Both the position numbers and the translations under genes were made by a program. From an uncultured Gammaproteobacteria bacterium (GTDB taxonomy: Bacteria > Patescibacteriota > Microgenomatia > UBA8517), in assembly GCA_964431555.1 (NCBI GenBank), contig CAYSJW010000015.1, forward strand, positions 41,573-105,572: a stretch of 64,000 nt of DNA, in the 5' to 3' direction. Numbering within the stretch: the first letter of the stretch is position 1; each line of letters begins with the position of its first letter. The notes under the pieces were generated by a model. The model was not told where the DNA came from. It saw only the letters and a program-made list of their open reading frames with translations, and ran no database searches. Shown piece after piece: positions 9,865 to 19,341 of the stretch.

Positions 9865-10947
9865 CTATAACTTTTTATAAACTCCCCCACCAATATTCCT
9901 AACCATACCTTTTATTTCCATGATAGTCAATTTAGATAAAACCACATCCGATGGCAAGCTAGACATTCTGACAATCTCATCTATATGTAAAGGTTCAGCT
10001 TCTAAAATAGAGATAATTTTCAATTCCTCTTCACCTTGAGGTAAAACTTCTTCCATTTGCTCATAGTTAACTTGAGCTTCCAAGCCTAATTCGCTTAATA
10101 TATCCTTTGAGGAAGTAACCAACTTTGCCCCGTTTTGAATGAGATAATGGGGCGCTTCACTCAAGACCGAAGTAATAGGTCCCGGAACAGCAAAAACCTG
10201 TTTTCCCTGCTCCGCCGCGTGCGATGCTGTATATAATGCTCCGCTATTTTTCGTTCCCTCAATTACCAATACACCTTTTGATAAACCCGAAATTATCCTG
10301 TTTCTTTCAGGAAAATCAACTCTAAAAACATTATGTCCTAAAGGTTTTTCTGATATTAATGCTCCGCCAGATTCAATAATTTCATTAGAAAGCCACAAAT
10401 TTCCCCTCGGCGTTATCATGTCAAGACCTGATGCCAAAACAGCTAAAGTCCTTCCTCCCGCATCTATACAAACTTTATGCGCTATAGTATCAACCCCATA
10501 CGCTAAACCCGAGACAATAGTTATTCCATACGAAACGAGTTCACTTGTTAGCTTCATAGCAACTTCTCTACCATACGATGTAACCTTTCTGCTCCCTACA
10601 ATAGCCAAAGAGTTCCTATCTGTCTTTTTTATACAACCTCTAAAATATAAAACTAAAGGTGCATCCACCAAACCTCTCAAATTTTCAGGGTATTCTTCGT
10701 CAGATTTTGTCAAATAATTAATCTTCAAATTTTCCAGTTCATCAAAATACTTCTTGATATCAAAGTTTTTTCTATAATCTAAAAAATCCTTTGAAATTTT
10801 GTCTGAAAGACCCAAATTTTTCAATTCTTCGTACCTTGCATTCCAAACTTTTTTCGCACTTTTAAAGTAATCCACCAAAAGAGAAGTCCTTTTTGGACCG
10901 AAGTGTGGATAAGAATAAATAAGCACCAAATATTCTCTTTCTGTCAT
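9865..10947 (-). CDS. dprA: DNA-processing protein DprA
   Basis: AIVGSR, IVSGLAYGVD, FPERNRIISGLS, VFAVPG, C-terminal winged helix; adjacent to topA. Confidence 0.96.
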   Translation of the reverse strand: MTEREYLVLIYSYPHFGPKRTSLLVDYFKSAKKVWNARYEELKNLGLSDKISKDFLDYRKNFDIKKYFDELENLKINYLTKSDEEYPENLRGLVDAPLVLYFRGCIKKTDRNSLAIVGSRKVTSYGREVAMKLTSELVSYGITIVSGLAYGVDTIAHKVCIDAGGRTLAVLASGLDMITPRGNLWLSNEIIESGGALISEKPLGHNVFRVDFPERNRIISGLSKGVLVIEGTKNSGALYTASHAAEQGKQVFAVPGPITSVLSEAPHYLIQNGAKLVTSSKDILSELGLEAQVNYEQMEEVLPQGEEELKIISILEAEPLHIDEIVRMSSLPSDVVLSKLTIMEIKGMVRNIGGGVYKKL

Positions 10948-11075
10948 TTAGTCTTTATTTTTATATACCAAATTTTATAACCAAAAATTACTAAATTTTC
11001 TCATTCCTATTATCAAAAATATTACCATCATTAAAACAAGGGATCTATTATCTGAAGACAATTTTTAAATAAAAA

Positions 11076-12662
11076 TTAACGACTAAAATAATAATCAAAA
11101 ATAGCCCTTGCAATAGGACCTGCGACTTTTGAACCTTCTCCTGCATTTTCTATAAGAACAGTTGCAATAATTTCCGGATTTTCTGCCGGAGCAAAAACTG
11201 TAAACCAGGCGTGGGGATCCTTGCCTTCATTTTCCGCAGTACCTGTTTTGCAAGCAACATTTAAACCGGTCTTTTCTTGAAAATCAAAAAAAGTATAACC
11301 AGTCCCCCCTGACGAGCAAGCTCCCTTCATACCATCAACTATCAATTTTAGATTTTCTCTATTCACGCTTAAATCCTTACATTCTCCTTCACCCACTAAT
11401 CTAGGTTTACAAAGTTTACCTGTCGCAATGGCGGATATATATCTATTAATCGCCAATGGCGTCAAAGCTAAATCACCTTGACCTATTGAAATATGATAAG
11501 TATTCCCCAAAAACCAACGTTCACCTTTAACCTTCATCTTCCATTCCGGAGATGGAACCAAACCCTCAACCTCACCCGGAAGATCAATTCCTGATTTTTT
11601 ATTTAATCCCAGTTCATCTGACCATTCAACAATAGATTTAATTCCGGCAAGTTCTCCGATTTTATAAAAAAAAGTATCCGTTGAACGGGATAAGGCTTTA
11701 ACCAATCCTATCTCTCCCTCAACACCCCCATATTGTGTAAAATACCAATTTTTATAACTGAAATTGCCATATAGTGTTTTAATAACTATCTGACCTTCGT
11801 CTTTATATCTATAATTTTTATCTATCACTCCCTCCTCTAATGAAGCTAAAGCAACCAAAGGTTTAAAAACACTTCCAGGATGAAATAAACCCCCTATTAC
11901 CCTATTAAACAAAGGCAATTTTGAATCTTCCAAAATATTTTTTCTTTGATCGGATTTTTCTGAATCCACAAAAACATTCGGGTCATAAGAGGGGGACGAA
12001 ACCAAACTTAAAACTTCTCCATTTGGTCTAGTAATAATTACCGAAGCCTTCCTGTCCTTTACCAGATCATACACCTTCAACTGAAGGCCATAATCTATAT
12101 GAATATAAATATTTTCCCCATCTTTCGCCTCTCTTTTTCCCAAAACCTTAGGATTTTTGCCAAAAGCATCCACTTCAATCAATTCTTCACCGTTTACACC
12201 AGAAAGAAGGCATTCATAAAATTCCTCCAAACCTCCTCTTCCTATTAAAGAACCGATAACCTTCGGTCCTTTTTCCGGACAATCACCTAATACTTTACCC
12301 AACTCATCAGAGGAAACTTCACCAAGATAACCAGTCAAATGTGCAAACGCCTCCCCTCGGGGGTATACTCTTTTCCAGGGAATAATTAATTTTGTTTCAC
12401 TTAGTCTATCGCTTAAATAATTTGAATCCTCTAATTGGTTATCAACTAGTATTTCTCCTCCTCTCGCAATTATCTTTCCCCTTTTTGCCAAAATCGGAAT
12501 TCTTCTGATTCTATTTTCATCGGATAATGACCGGTAATAATTACCTTTTATTACCGTCAATTCTATAAGTCTTGCGAAAAGAATTAGAAAAAATACAGTT
12601 AATACCCCATACAAAAACCAAACAAACCAACTTTGCCTTTTATTTATAATCGCTTCCTCCAT
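11076..12662 (-). CDS. mrdA: Class B penicillin-binding protein (PBP2/MrdA type)
   Basis: N-terminal TM; PGSVFK (SxxK), STD (SxN variant), KTGT motifs; downstream of mreB. Confidence 0.88.
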   Translation of the reverse strand: MEEAIINKRQSWFVWFLYGVLTVFFLILFARLIELTVIKGNYYRSLSDENRIRRIPILAKRGKIIARGGEILVDNQLEDSNYLSDRLSETKLIIPWKRVYPRGEAFAHLTGYLGEVSSDELGKVLGDCPEKGPKVIGSLIGRGGLEEFYECLLSGVNGEELIEVDAFGKNPKVLGKREAKDGENIYIHIDYGLQLKVYDLVKDRKASVIITRPNGEVLSLVSSPSYDPNVFVDSEKSDQRKNILEDSKLPLFNRVIGGLFHPGSVFKPLVALASLEEGVIDKNYRYKDEGQIVIKTLYGNFSYKNWYFTQYGGVEGEIGLVKALSRSTDTFFYKIGELAGIKSIVEWSDELGLNKKSGIDLPGEVEGLVPSPEWKMKVKGERWFLGNTYHISIGQGDLALTPLAINRYISAIATGKLCKPRLVGEGECKDLSVNRENLKLIVDGMKGACSSGGTGYTFFDFQEKTGLNVACKTGTAENEGKDPHAWFTVFAPAENPEIIATVLIENAGEGSKVAGPIARAIFDYYFSR

Positions 12663-12682
12663 TAAAAATAAAAAAACTCAAG

Positions 12683-13759
12683 CTAAATTCCAAACTGTAT
12701 TTTATCTAGAAGTGAACGATCATCCAAAAGTTTTCCAGTTCCTCTCACAACACAAGTTAAGGGGTCATCAGTGACAACCACAGGCATTTTTGTTGCCTCC
12801 GAAATTACCTTATCTATACCTGGAAGCAATGACCCCCCTCCTGCAAGGTAAATTCCCCTTTGCATTATATCCGCAACCAACTCTGGCGGAGTTTCCTCCA
12901 AAGTTTCTGTAATGTTTCTAACTATTTCCTGAATTGTTTCAGAAAGCGCCTCTCTAACCTCACCACTTGATATTTTTACCGACTTTGGCAAACCCGTTTC
13001 CAAATCACGTCCCCTGACAACATAGTATTTTTCTTTTTCTCCTTCTGAACAGCTTCCGATATTAATTTTTGTTTCTTCCGCAGACGCTTCACCAATTAAA
13101 AGAGAGTATTTAAGTCTAACATAAGAGATTATAGATTCATCCATCTCACTTCCAGCCACTCTTATAGATCTGCCTACAACTGTGCCTCCTAAAGAAATTA
13201 CGGCTATCTCGGAAGTTCCACCTCCAATATCCACAATGCAAATTCCCTCCGATGATTCAACCGATAAACCAGCACCAATCGCTGCAGCCATCGGCTCCTC
13301 AACCAAATAAACCTCTCTTGCTCCGGATGTCATAGCCGCATCAGCAACCGCCTTTCTTTCTACCTCAGTCACTCCAGAAGGTATACCTATAACCACTAAC
13401 GGTCTTGGGATTTTTGGAATAACTCCTCCAGATTCATGAATCTTTCCTATATAAAATTTAAGCATCGCAGATGTCGCATCAAAATCAGCTATAACACCAT
13501 CCTTTAAAGGCCTTACCGTTTCGATAAGTGTAGGAGATTTACCTTCCATTTTCTTGGCTGATTTTCCAATCGCCAATATCTCTTTTGTCTTTTTGTGTCT
13601 TGCAATCACAGAAGGTTCTCTTATAACTATCCCTTTATCTTTCACCCAAACCAAAGTGTTTGCAGTACCTAAGTCGATGCCAATATCATGGGAGAACATA
13701 CCCAAAAATCTATTCAAAGAAACATTTTTTAACAATCTTTTTATTTTTTTAAATTTCAT
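12683..13759 (-). CDS. mreB: Rod shape-determining protein MreB
   Basis: IGIDLGTANT, EPSV, RPLKDGVIADF, EPMAAAIGAG, DIGGGT. Confidence 0.97.
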   Translation of the reverse strand: MKFKKIKRLLKNVSLNRFLGMFSHDIGIDLGTANTLVWVKDKGIVIREPSVIARHKKTKEILAIGKSAKKMEGKSPTLIETVRPLKDGVIADFDATSAMLKFYIGKIHESGGVIPKIPRPLVVIGIPSGVTEVERKAVADAAMTSGAREVYLVEEPMAAAIGAGLSVESSEGICIVDIGGGTSEIAVISLGGTVVGRSIRVAGSEMDESIISYVRLKYSLLIGEASAEETKINIGSCSEGEKEKYYVVRGRDLETGLPKSVKISSGEVREALSETIQEIVRNITETLEETPPELVADIMQRGIYLAGGGSLLPGIDKVISEATKMPVVVTDDPLTCVVRGTGKLLDDRSLLDKIQFGI

Positions 13760-13834
13760 CCTTTTTTAAAGTATCCCTTCGCCAGTATAATAATTTATTG
13801 CGAAGTTGCAAATATCAAAATTTTTAATCTTTAT

Positions 13835-15952
13835 ATGATTAAAACCATAGACAAAATCATAGCATACTCGTTTTATCTTCTCTTTTTTCTCGTACCCTTG
13901 GTTCTTTATTCTAAAACATCGGAAGTTTTTGAATTCAACAAAATGGTTTTAACCTATATTTTAACATCGATAATTACATTTTTTTGGATAGCTAAAATGA
14001 TACTTTCCAAAAAAATTTTATTCAAAAAAACCATAATCGACAAATTCCTGATTATCTTTCTAATTTCGCAGTTTCTCTCTACCCTATTTTCAATCGATAA
14101 AAGGACATCGCTGTTGGGGTATTATTCCCGCTTCCATGGAGGATTAGCTTCAACAATAACTTACACCCTTTTATACTGGGCTTATGTATCCAATATGAAC
14201 TACCAGAAAACAAAAAAAGTGCTTCTTTTACTCTTATCTTCAGCCTCAATAGTCTCCATTTGGGCAATTTTTGAACACTTTGGAAAGTCATTCAGCTGTC
14301 TGATTTTTCCAGAATTCGGAAAGTTCGATGTCTCATGTTGGGTTCAGGACGTGCAAAACAGAGTCTATGCCACATTTGGCCAGCCTAATTGGCTTGCAGC
14401 CTGGATAATCACTTTAATACCAATTTCATGGTCCTATTTTCTAACTACAAAAGACAGATCGATTAAAAAATATTTCTGGCTTTTACTTTCGATTATATTT
14501 TTTATAACTCTTCTTTATACAAAATCCCGTTCTGGAATATTAGGTTTCACAGCTATGGCAATCACCTACTTTGGCTTTTTAATATACCAAACAAAAGCCA
14601 TCAAAAAACCTGCTTCCAGACTAGCAATGCCTCTTGCCCTAATAATATCTCCACTTATTTTTTTCTCTTTCACCATAGAAACTCCCTGGCTAGAAAGTTT
14701 CCGACAAATTTTAAAAATAAATCAAAAAGGAAATACAATCCAAGAAAACAAATATCAATCCCCCGCTCTTGAAGTAGGAGGAACAGAATCAGGAAAAATT
14801 AGAAAAATAGTTTGGAAAGGAGCCATTGAAATATGGAAAGACAATCCCCTTTTTGGATCTGGTGTTGAAACTTTTGCCTTTTCCTACTATAAACACCGCC
14901 CCGTAGAACACAACCTAGTTTCTGAATGGAACTATCTTTATAACAAAGCTCACAATGAATATTTAAACTTTGCAGCAACTACAGGGAGCGTAGGCTTATT
15001 ATCCTATCTTCTTCTCATAGGCTCTATGATTTTTCTTTTTTTTAAAGAATATCAAAAATCAATTACTTCCCAAGACAAAGAAAGTCCTTTTTTTGTTCTA
15101 GCATTTTTTGCCGGCTTTATCAGTATACTTGTTACCAATTTCTTCGGTTTTTCAGTAGTCCCAGTAGCCATTCAATTTTTCCTTCTACCTTCAATTGCAG
15201 TTTCTTTTAATTCCAACAAACAAGATGAAACACTTTTAAAAGAAAGGCACGAAAAACCAACAAATTCGCAAATAATAATGCTAACTTTAGCTCTTCTAAC
15301 CTTAATTTATTTACTTTTTTCCATAGGAAAATACTGGAAAGCTGACTGCCTATACGCTAAAGGAAAATTAGAAAACGATTCAAAGCTTTATACTAATTCC
15401 ATCAACACCTTACTGAAAGCTATTAAATTATCCCCAAATGAAGCTATCTTTTGGGACGAACTAGCCAGCTCAACAGGCTCACTTGCCATACTTTTCCATG
15501 AAAATAATGACCCCTCAACAGCCAATCAACTTGCTAAAAAGGCACTTGATCAATCAAACAAAGCGGTATCTCTCTCCCCTTTCAACATTATTCTCAAAAG
15601 ATCAAGAGTACAAATCCTCGCAAACCTCACTCCCATTGATTCAAACTACCTACAAATGGCAAAAAATACTTTAATAGAAACTTCAAAACTTGCCCCAACG
15701 GACGCAAATATTTTTTACAACCTCGCGATAATTTACTTTAAAACTGGGGAAATACAAGAATCAATTGAAATACTTAAAAAAACACTAAATTTAAAACCAA
15801 ATTATAAGGAAGCGCGGCTAGCTTTAGCCCATTATTATGCCGGAATAAACGATATTGAATCAGCCAAAAATGAATTTAAATACATCCTCGATAATATTGG
15901 CTACGATGTTGAAGTAGAAAGCGAGCTTTCAAAACTAGAGAATCAAAGATAA
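13835..15952 (+). CDS. O-antigen ligase/polymerase family membrane protein with TPR repeats
   Basis: Many TM segments; ATFGQPNWLA, TKSRSG, R..W..AI...P.FGSG, AHNEYL; C-terminal TPR-like helices. Confidence 0.88.
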   Translation: MIKTIDKIIAYSFYLLFFLVPLVLYSKTSEVFEFNKMVLTYILTSIITFFWIAKMILSKKILFKKTIIDKFLIIFLISQFLSTLFSIDKRTSLLGYYSRFHGGLASTITYTLLYWAYVSNMNYQKTKKVLLLLLSSASIVSIWAIFEHFGKSFSCLIFPEFGKFDVSCWVQDVQNRVYATFGQPNWLAAWIITLIPISWSYFLTTKDRSIKKYFWLLLSIIFFITLLYTKSRSGILGFTAMAITYFGFLIYQTKAIKKPASRLAMPLALIISPLIFFSFTIETPWLESFRQILKINQKGNTIQENKYQSPALEVGGTESGKIRKIVWKGAIEIWKDNPLFGSGVETFAFSYYKHRPVEHNLVSEWNYLYNKAHNEYLNFAATTGSVGLLSYLLLIGSMIFLFFKEYQKSITSQDKESPFFVLAFFAGFISILVTNFFGFSVVPVAIQFFLLPSIAVSFNSNKQDETLLKERHEKPTNSQIIMLTLALLTLIYLLFSIGKYWKADCLYAKGKLENDSKLYTNSINTLLKAIKLSPNEAIFWDELASSTGSLAILFHENNDPSTANQLAKKALDQSNKAVSLSPFNIILKRSRVQILANLTPIDSNYLQMAKNTLIETSKLAPTDANIFYNLAIIYFKTGEIQESIEILKKTLNLKPNYKEARLALAHYYAGINDIESAKNEFKYILDNIGYDVEVESELSKLENQR

Positions 15953-15986
15953 AATATTTTAGATTTGGTATAATCCCTTCATCAAT

Positions 15987-16514
15987 ATGATTAGAGAAAT
16001 TCTAGACGCACAAAACCCACTGCTTAGAAGAAAATCAAAACCCATTAGTAAAATCGACAAAAAAGTTTTGTCCTTAATGCAAGATCTAATAGACACTATT
16101 AAAGCTCAAACTGATCCTGAAGGTGTTGGCTTGGCAGCCCCACAAATAGGAAAAAATGTCCAGATGTTTGTCATCAAACCACAAAAAAACATAAGAGTAT
16201 TTATAAACCCAAAGATAATAAAAGTCTATAATACAAAATCCAAGGAAAAAATAGACCCAAGAAAAAAAATAATGGAAGGTTGTCTATCCCTACCCAACTA
16301 TTACTCGCCCATAAAAAGAGCCTTTAAAGTAAGGCTCAAATACATTGACTTTGATGGCAAAGAAAAAATCGAAAATTTCAGCGGAATTGAGGCACAAATA
16401 ATTCAGCACGAAATAGACCATCTTAACGGAAAACTTTTTATTGACGTGATTTTAGAACAGAAAAAACCTTTATACGAATACCTAAACGGAGAATGGGAAA
16501 AAGTGGAAATCTAA
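15987..16514 (+). CDS. def: Peptide deformylase
   Basis: GVGLAAPQIG, EGCLS, QHEIDHLNG. Confidence 0.98.
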   Translation: MIREILDAQNPLLRRKSKPISKIDKKVLSLMQDLIDTIKAQTDPEGVGLAAPQIGKNVQMFVIKPQKNIRVFINPKIIKVYNTKSKEKIDPRKKIMEGCLSLPNYYSPIKRAFKVRLKYIDFDGKEKIENFSGIEAQIIQHEIDHLNGKLFIDVILEQKKPLYEYLNGEWEKVEI

Positions 16515-16579
16515 GCTGTTGAAGTTAGTCAATCAAATGAATATATTTAACTCGATAAGTTAAAAAATATAAAGCCATT

Positions 16580-17557
16580 ATGTCAGATAAAAGCATAAGT
16601 TTAATTTTTTTTGGCACACCTTATTATGTTTTACCTATATTAGAAATCCTTCATAAAGAATTCAAATCAAAGTTCGGAGAATCTCCAATAAAAGCTGTCG
16701 TAACCCAAGCTCCCAAGCCATCTGGCCGCAAGAAAGAAATCACCTACTCCCCAGTTGATACTTTCGCACACAAAAGGGGTATCGCAAAATTCTATAACCC
16801 CCAGGATATCATAAAAAACAAAATTCGCGCGGATTTGGGAGTACTAGCTTCTTTCGGAAAAATCATACCAGTTGAGGTAACTAATTGGTTTCAATTTGGG
16901 ATCTTAAATGTTCATCCATCCCTTCTTCCTTTGTGGCGCGGCGCATCGCCGGTTCAGGCAACCATAATTTCAGAAAGCCCGGCAGGAGTAAGTATCATCA
17001 AGCTAGATGAAAAACTGGATCACGGACCAATAGTAACCCAATTTAAAGACGAAATTTTACCTGATGACACAAGCGAAACACTACGAAATCGTCTTTTTGA
17101 AAGGTCGGCTCAAGTTTTATTAACTCTTATTCCTGCATATTTGTCAGGAAAAATAAAATTACTGGAGCAAGATCACAAAAAAGCAACCTATACTCGCGAA
17201 ATCAAAAAGGAAGATGCTTTCATTCCGACTAAATATATCAAAAACACCCTTCAAGGAGTGTCTTCAAATGAAAAGTGGGAACTTTCCTTCATGAACAATT
17301 ATTGCCTAGTACCTAATGCAAATAATCTAAATAATTTCATTCGTGCCATGCAACCTTGGCCTGTTGCTTGGACAGAAATAAAGTTAATGGTTAATGGCCA
17401 GTGGTCGAAAAAAAGATTGAAGATACTCAAAACACACCTCGAACCACCAACTATTAAAAATCAACTATTAGCTATCGACACCGTCCAGCTTGAAGGTAAA
17501 AATCCTGTCTCATGGGACCAGTTTAGGGTGGGACATCCAGAAGCTAACCTCTCCTAA
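16580..17557 (+). CDS. fmt: Methionyl-tRNA formyltransferase
   Basis: FFGTP, NVHPSLLPLWRGASPVQ, LDHGPI; follows def. Confidence 0.95.
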   Translation: MSDKSISLIFFGTPYYVLPILEILHKEFKSKFGESPIKAVVTQAPKPSGRKKEITYSPVDTFAHKRGIAKFYNPQDIIKNKIRADLGVLASFGKIIPVEVTNWFQFGILNVHPSLLPLWRGASPVQATIISESPAGVSIIKLDEKLDHGPIVTQFKDEILPDDTSETLRNRLFERSAQVLLTLIPAYLSGKIKLLEQDHKKATYTREIKKEDAFIPTKYIKNTLQGVSSNEKWELSFMNNYCLVPNANNLNNFIRAMQPWPVAWTEIKLMVNGQWSKKRLKILKTHLEPPTIKNQLLAIDTVQLEGKNPVSWDQFRVGHPEANLS

Positions 17558-17615
17558 TAAAAACAACACCATTTTCAAACGCTATTCGATCGGTTTTCAT
17601 TTCTAATAAAAAAAC

Positions 17616-17867
17616 TCAAACAAGACGAATGCTCTTATATGAGCCGACCGAATTATACTTTTTAATCCTTTTGATACATTTGGCACAAAGGCGTATTTTT
17701 TTCTTTTCATTACCAATTAAAACTGTTACTCTTTGCAGATTTGGTTTAAATATTCTTGGAGTTTTAGGAGCACGATGCAACCAACGTTTTCCAGCAACAC
17801 CGCGTTTGTGCTTTTGAGAACTACCAGTTACCGATTTTTTTAAACAAATTTCACAAATATAACTCAT
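17616..17867 (-). CDS. rpmB: 50S ribosomal protein bL28
   Basis: MSYICEICLK...RIFKPNLQ...RLCAKCIK; start at ATG 17867. Confidence 0.9.
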   Translation of the reverse strand: MSYICEICLKKSVTGSSQKHKRGVAGKRWLHRAPKTPRIFKPNLQRVTVLIGNEKKKIRLCAKCIKRIKKYNSVGSYKSIRLV

Positions 17868-17999
17868 GATTATGAAGCCTAATCTCAAAATGTGTTTACA
17901 AATAACTATCCCAACTTTACATTATTATTTAAGATTTTGCATTTTGAGTTTTAAACTCAAAATATTATACTAATAAAGAAGAAAATTATCAAAAGCAAA

Positions 18000-18644
18000 A
18001 TGACTATTCTTATTTTAATCATATCATTTTTAATCGCTATAACAATTCATGAAGCTGCTCACGCTTTTACTTCCGATCGCCTAGGTGACCCAACGGCAAA
18101 GCTAGCTGGAAGACTAACCCTTAACCCTTTGGCACATCTGGATCTTTACGGAACAATACTTTTTCCCCTTATTCTCATATTGATAGGTTCCCCCTTTGTT
18201 TTCGGCTGGGCTAAACCAGTTGGTTTTGATCCTTTTAATCTAAAAAATCCAAGAAAAGACGCCGCACTAATTTCCCTTTCCGGACCTTTGGCAAATCTTA
18301 TTTTAGCTTTTCTGCTTTCCCTTTTCTTAAGATTTGGAATAATACTTCCAAATCCCTTCTCATTTTTATATCTTCTTTTTATATCCGTAATTAGACTCAA
18401 CATAGTACTTGCAGTTTTTAATCTTATACCGATTCATCCATTGGATGGAGGAAAAATTTTTATAGGTTTACTTCCAGAAAAGGATGCCGAAGAAGCAGAT
18501 CTTTTTTTGAACCGCTATGGAAGCCTGATATTATTTTTGCTAATTTTTCCTTTTTATAATGGCGTTTCTCCTCTTCTCTTAGTCATTTCCCCTATAATAA
18601 ATTTTATCTTCAATTTGCTACTTCCATTTAGTTTTACTACCTAA
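18000..18644 (+). CDS. Site-2 protease family (M50) membrane metalloprotease
   Basis: HEAAH, GDPTAKLAGRLTLNPLAHLD, FNLIPIHPLDG. Confidence 0.92.
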   Translation: MTILILIISFLIAITIHEAAHAFTSDRLGDPTAKLAGRLTLNPLAHLDLYGTILFPLILILIGSPFVFGWAKPVGFDPFNLKNPRKDAALISLSGPLANLILAFLLSLFLRFGIILPNPFSFLYLLFISVIRLNIVLAVFNLIPIHPLDGGKIFIGLLPEKDAEEADLFLNRYGSLILFLLIFPFYNGVSPLLLVISPIINFIFNLLLPFSFTT

Positions 18645-18684
18645 CCTGATATCTTTTGACATATTTACTATAAAGAAACTTTTT

Positions 18685-18693
18685 TGCTAAAAT
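18685..18693 (+). promoter_or_regulatory. Extended -10 promoter for the ncRNA
   Basis: TGcTAAAAT ending 7 nt before the first base of the terminal stem. Confidence 0.6.
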
Positions 18694-18699
18694 AATTAT

Positions 18700-18887
18700 G
18701 ACCCTGCGAAGGGGATCGGAAAAGCTTTTTCTCACCAAAAAGCACTATGGGAGTCCTTTTATAAAGGATCTGCTGAAAGAAATTTCAGTAGGAGCGAATC
18801 TCCCATCGTCCGTGGACAATGGGATGAGCTCACCCACCTGGATTCGTCCGGGAAAAATCTATTCCGTTCACCCCCCGATGCAGGGTC
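18700..18887 (+). ncRNA. Structured ~188-nt ncRNA, possibly a divergent 6S RNA
   Basis: GC-rich island; ends pair (GACCCUGC/GCAGGGUC) and extend inward; GAAA- and UUCG-capped hairpins; G-U pairs favour the + strand. Confidence 0.7.
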
Positions 18888-19050
18888 TTCAATTCGTATT
18901 TTCTTACTAAAGACAGAATTGTTCTCGTTCTCACAATTTTCATACAAAATTCTGTTATAATATTAAATACAAAAAATTAATAACGGGCTCTACCCTAAAG
19001 AATCAGAGTATTTTATAACCAATCCTAAATAAAAAATGTTGAATTGATAA

Positions 19051-19123
19051 GCCGAGATAGCTCAGCGGTTAGAGCACCTGTTTTGTAAACAGGGGGTCAA
19101 GGGTTCAAATCCCTTTCTCGGCT
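19051..19123 (+). tRNA. tRNA-Thr(TGT)
   Basis: Acceptor GCCGAGA/TCTCGGC, anticodon arm CCTGT-TTTGTAA-ACAGG, T-loop TTCAAAT; CCA not encoded. Confidence 0.96.
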
Positions 19124-19144
19124 CAAAAATCCAATAAAATCTTA

Positions 19145-19229
19145 GTCAGGTTGCCGGAGTGGACAATCGGAGCAGTCTGTAAAACTGCCGCCCGGATGGG
19201 CTTCGGGGGTTCGAATCCCTCACCTGACA
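19145..19229 (+). tRNA. tRNA-Tyr(GTA)
   Basis: Acceptor GTCAGGT/ACCTGAC, GCAGT-CTGTAAA-ACTGC, long variable arm, TTCGAAT; full CCA not encoded. Confidence 0.96.
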
Positions 19230-19341
19230 CCTAAGAAAAGTATTTTTGAAAAGAAAAAAAATGCCTAAAAACAACCACTCTCTTAGTATACTCTTCTTCC
19301 TTTAAAAATATGCTATTCTACATAAAAATACTGAATAATTT

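Noticed and set aside
18700-18887. Identity as SRP RNA, tmRNA or RNase P RNA
   Set aside because: Lacks the SRP helix-8 motif, tRNA-like ends and GAGGAAAGUCC, and is too short for the latter two.
18698-18947. ORFs 18698-18910 (+) and 18759-18947 (-)
   Set aside because: No protein features; they overlap a GC-rich base-paired island better explained as RNA.
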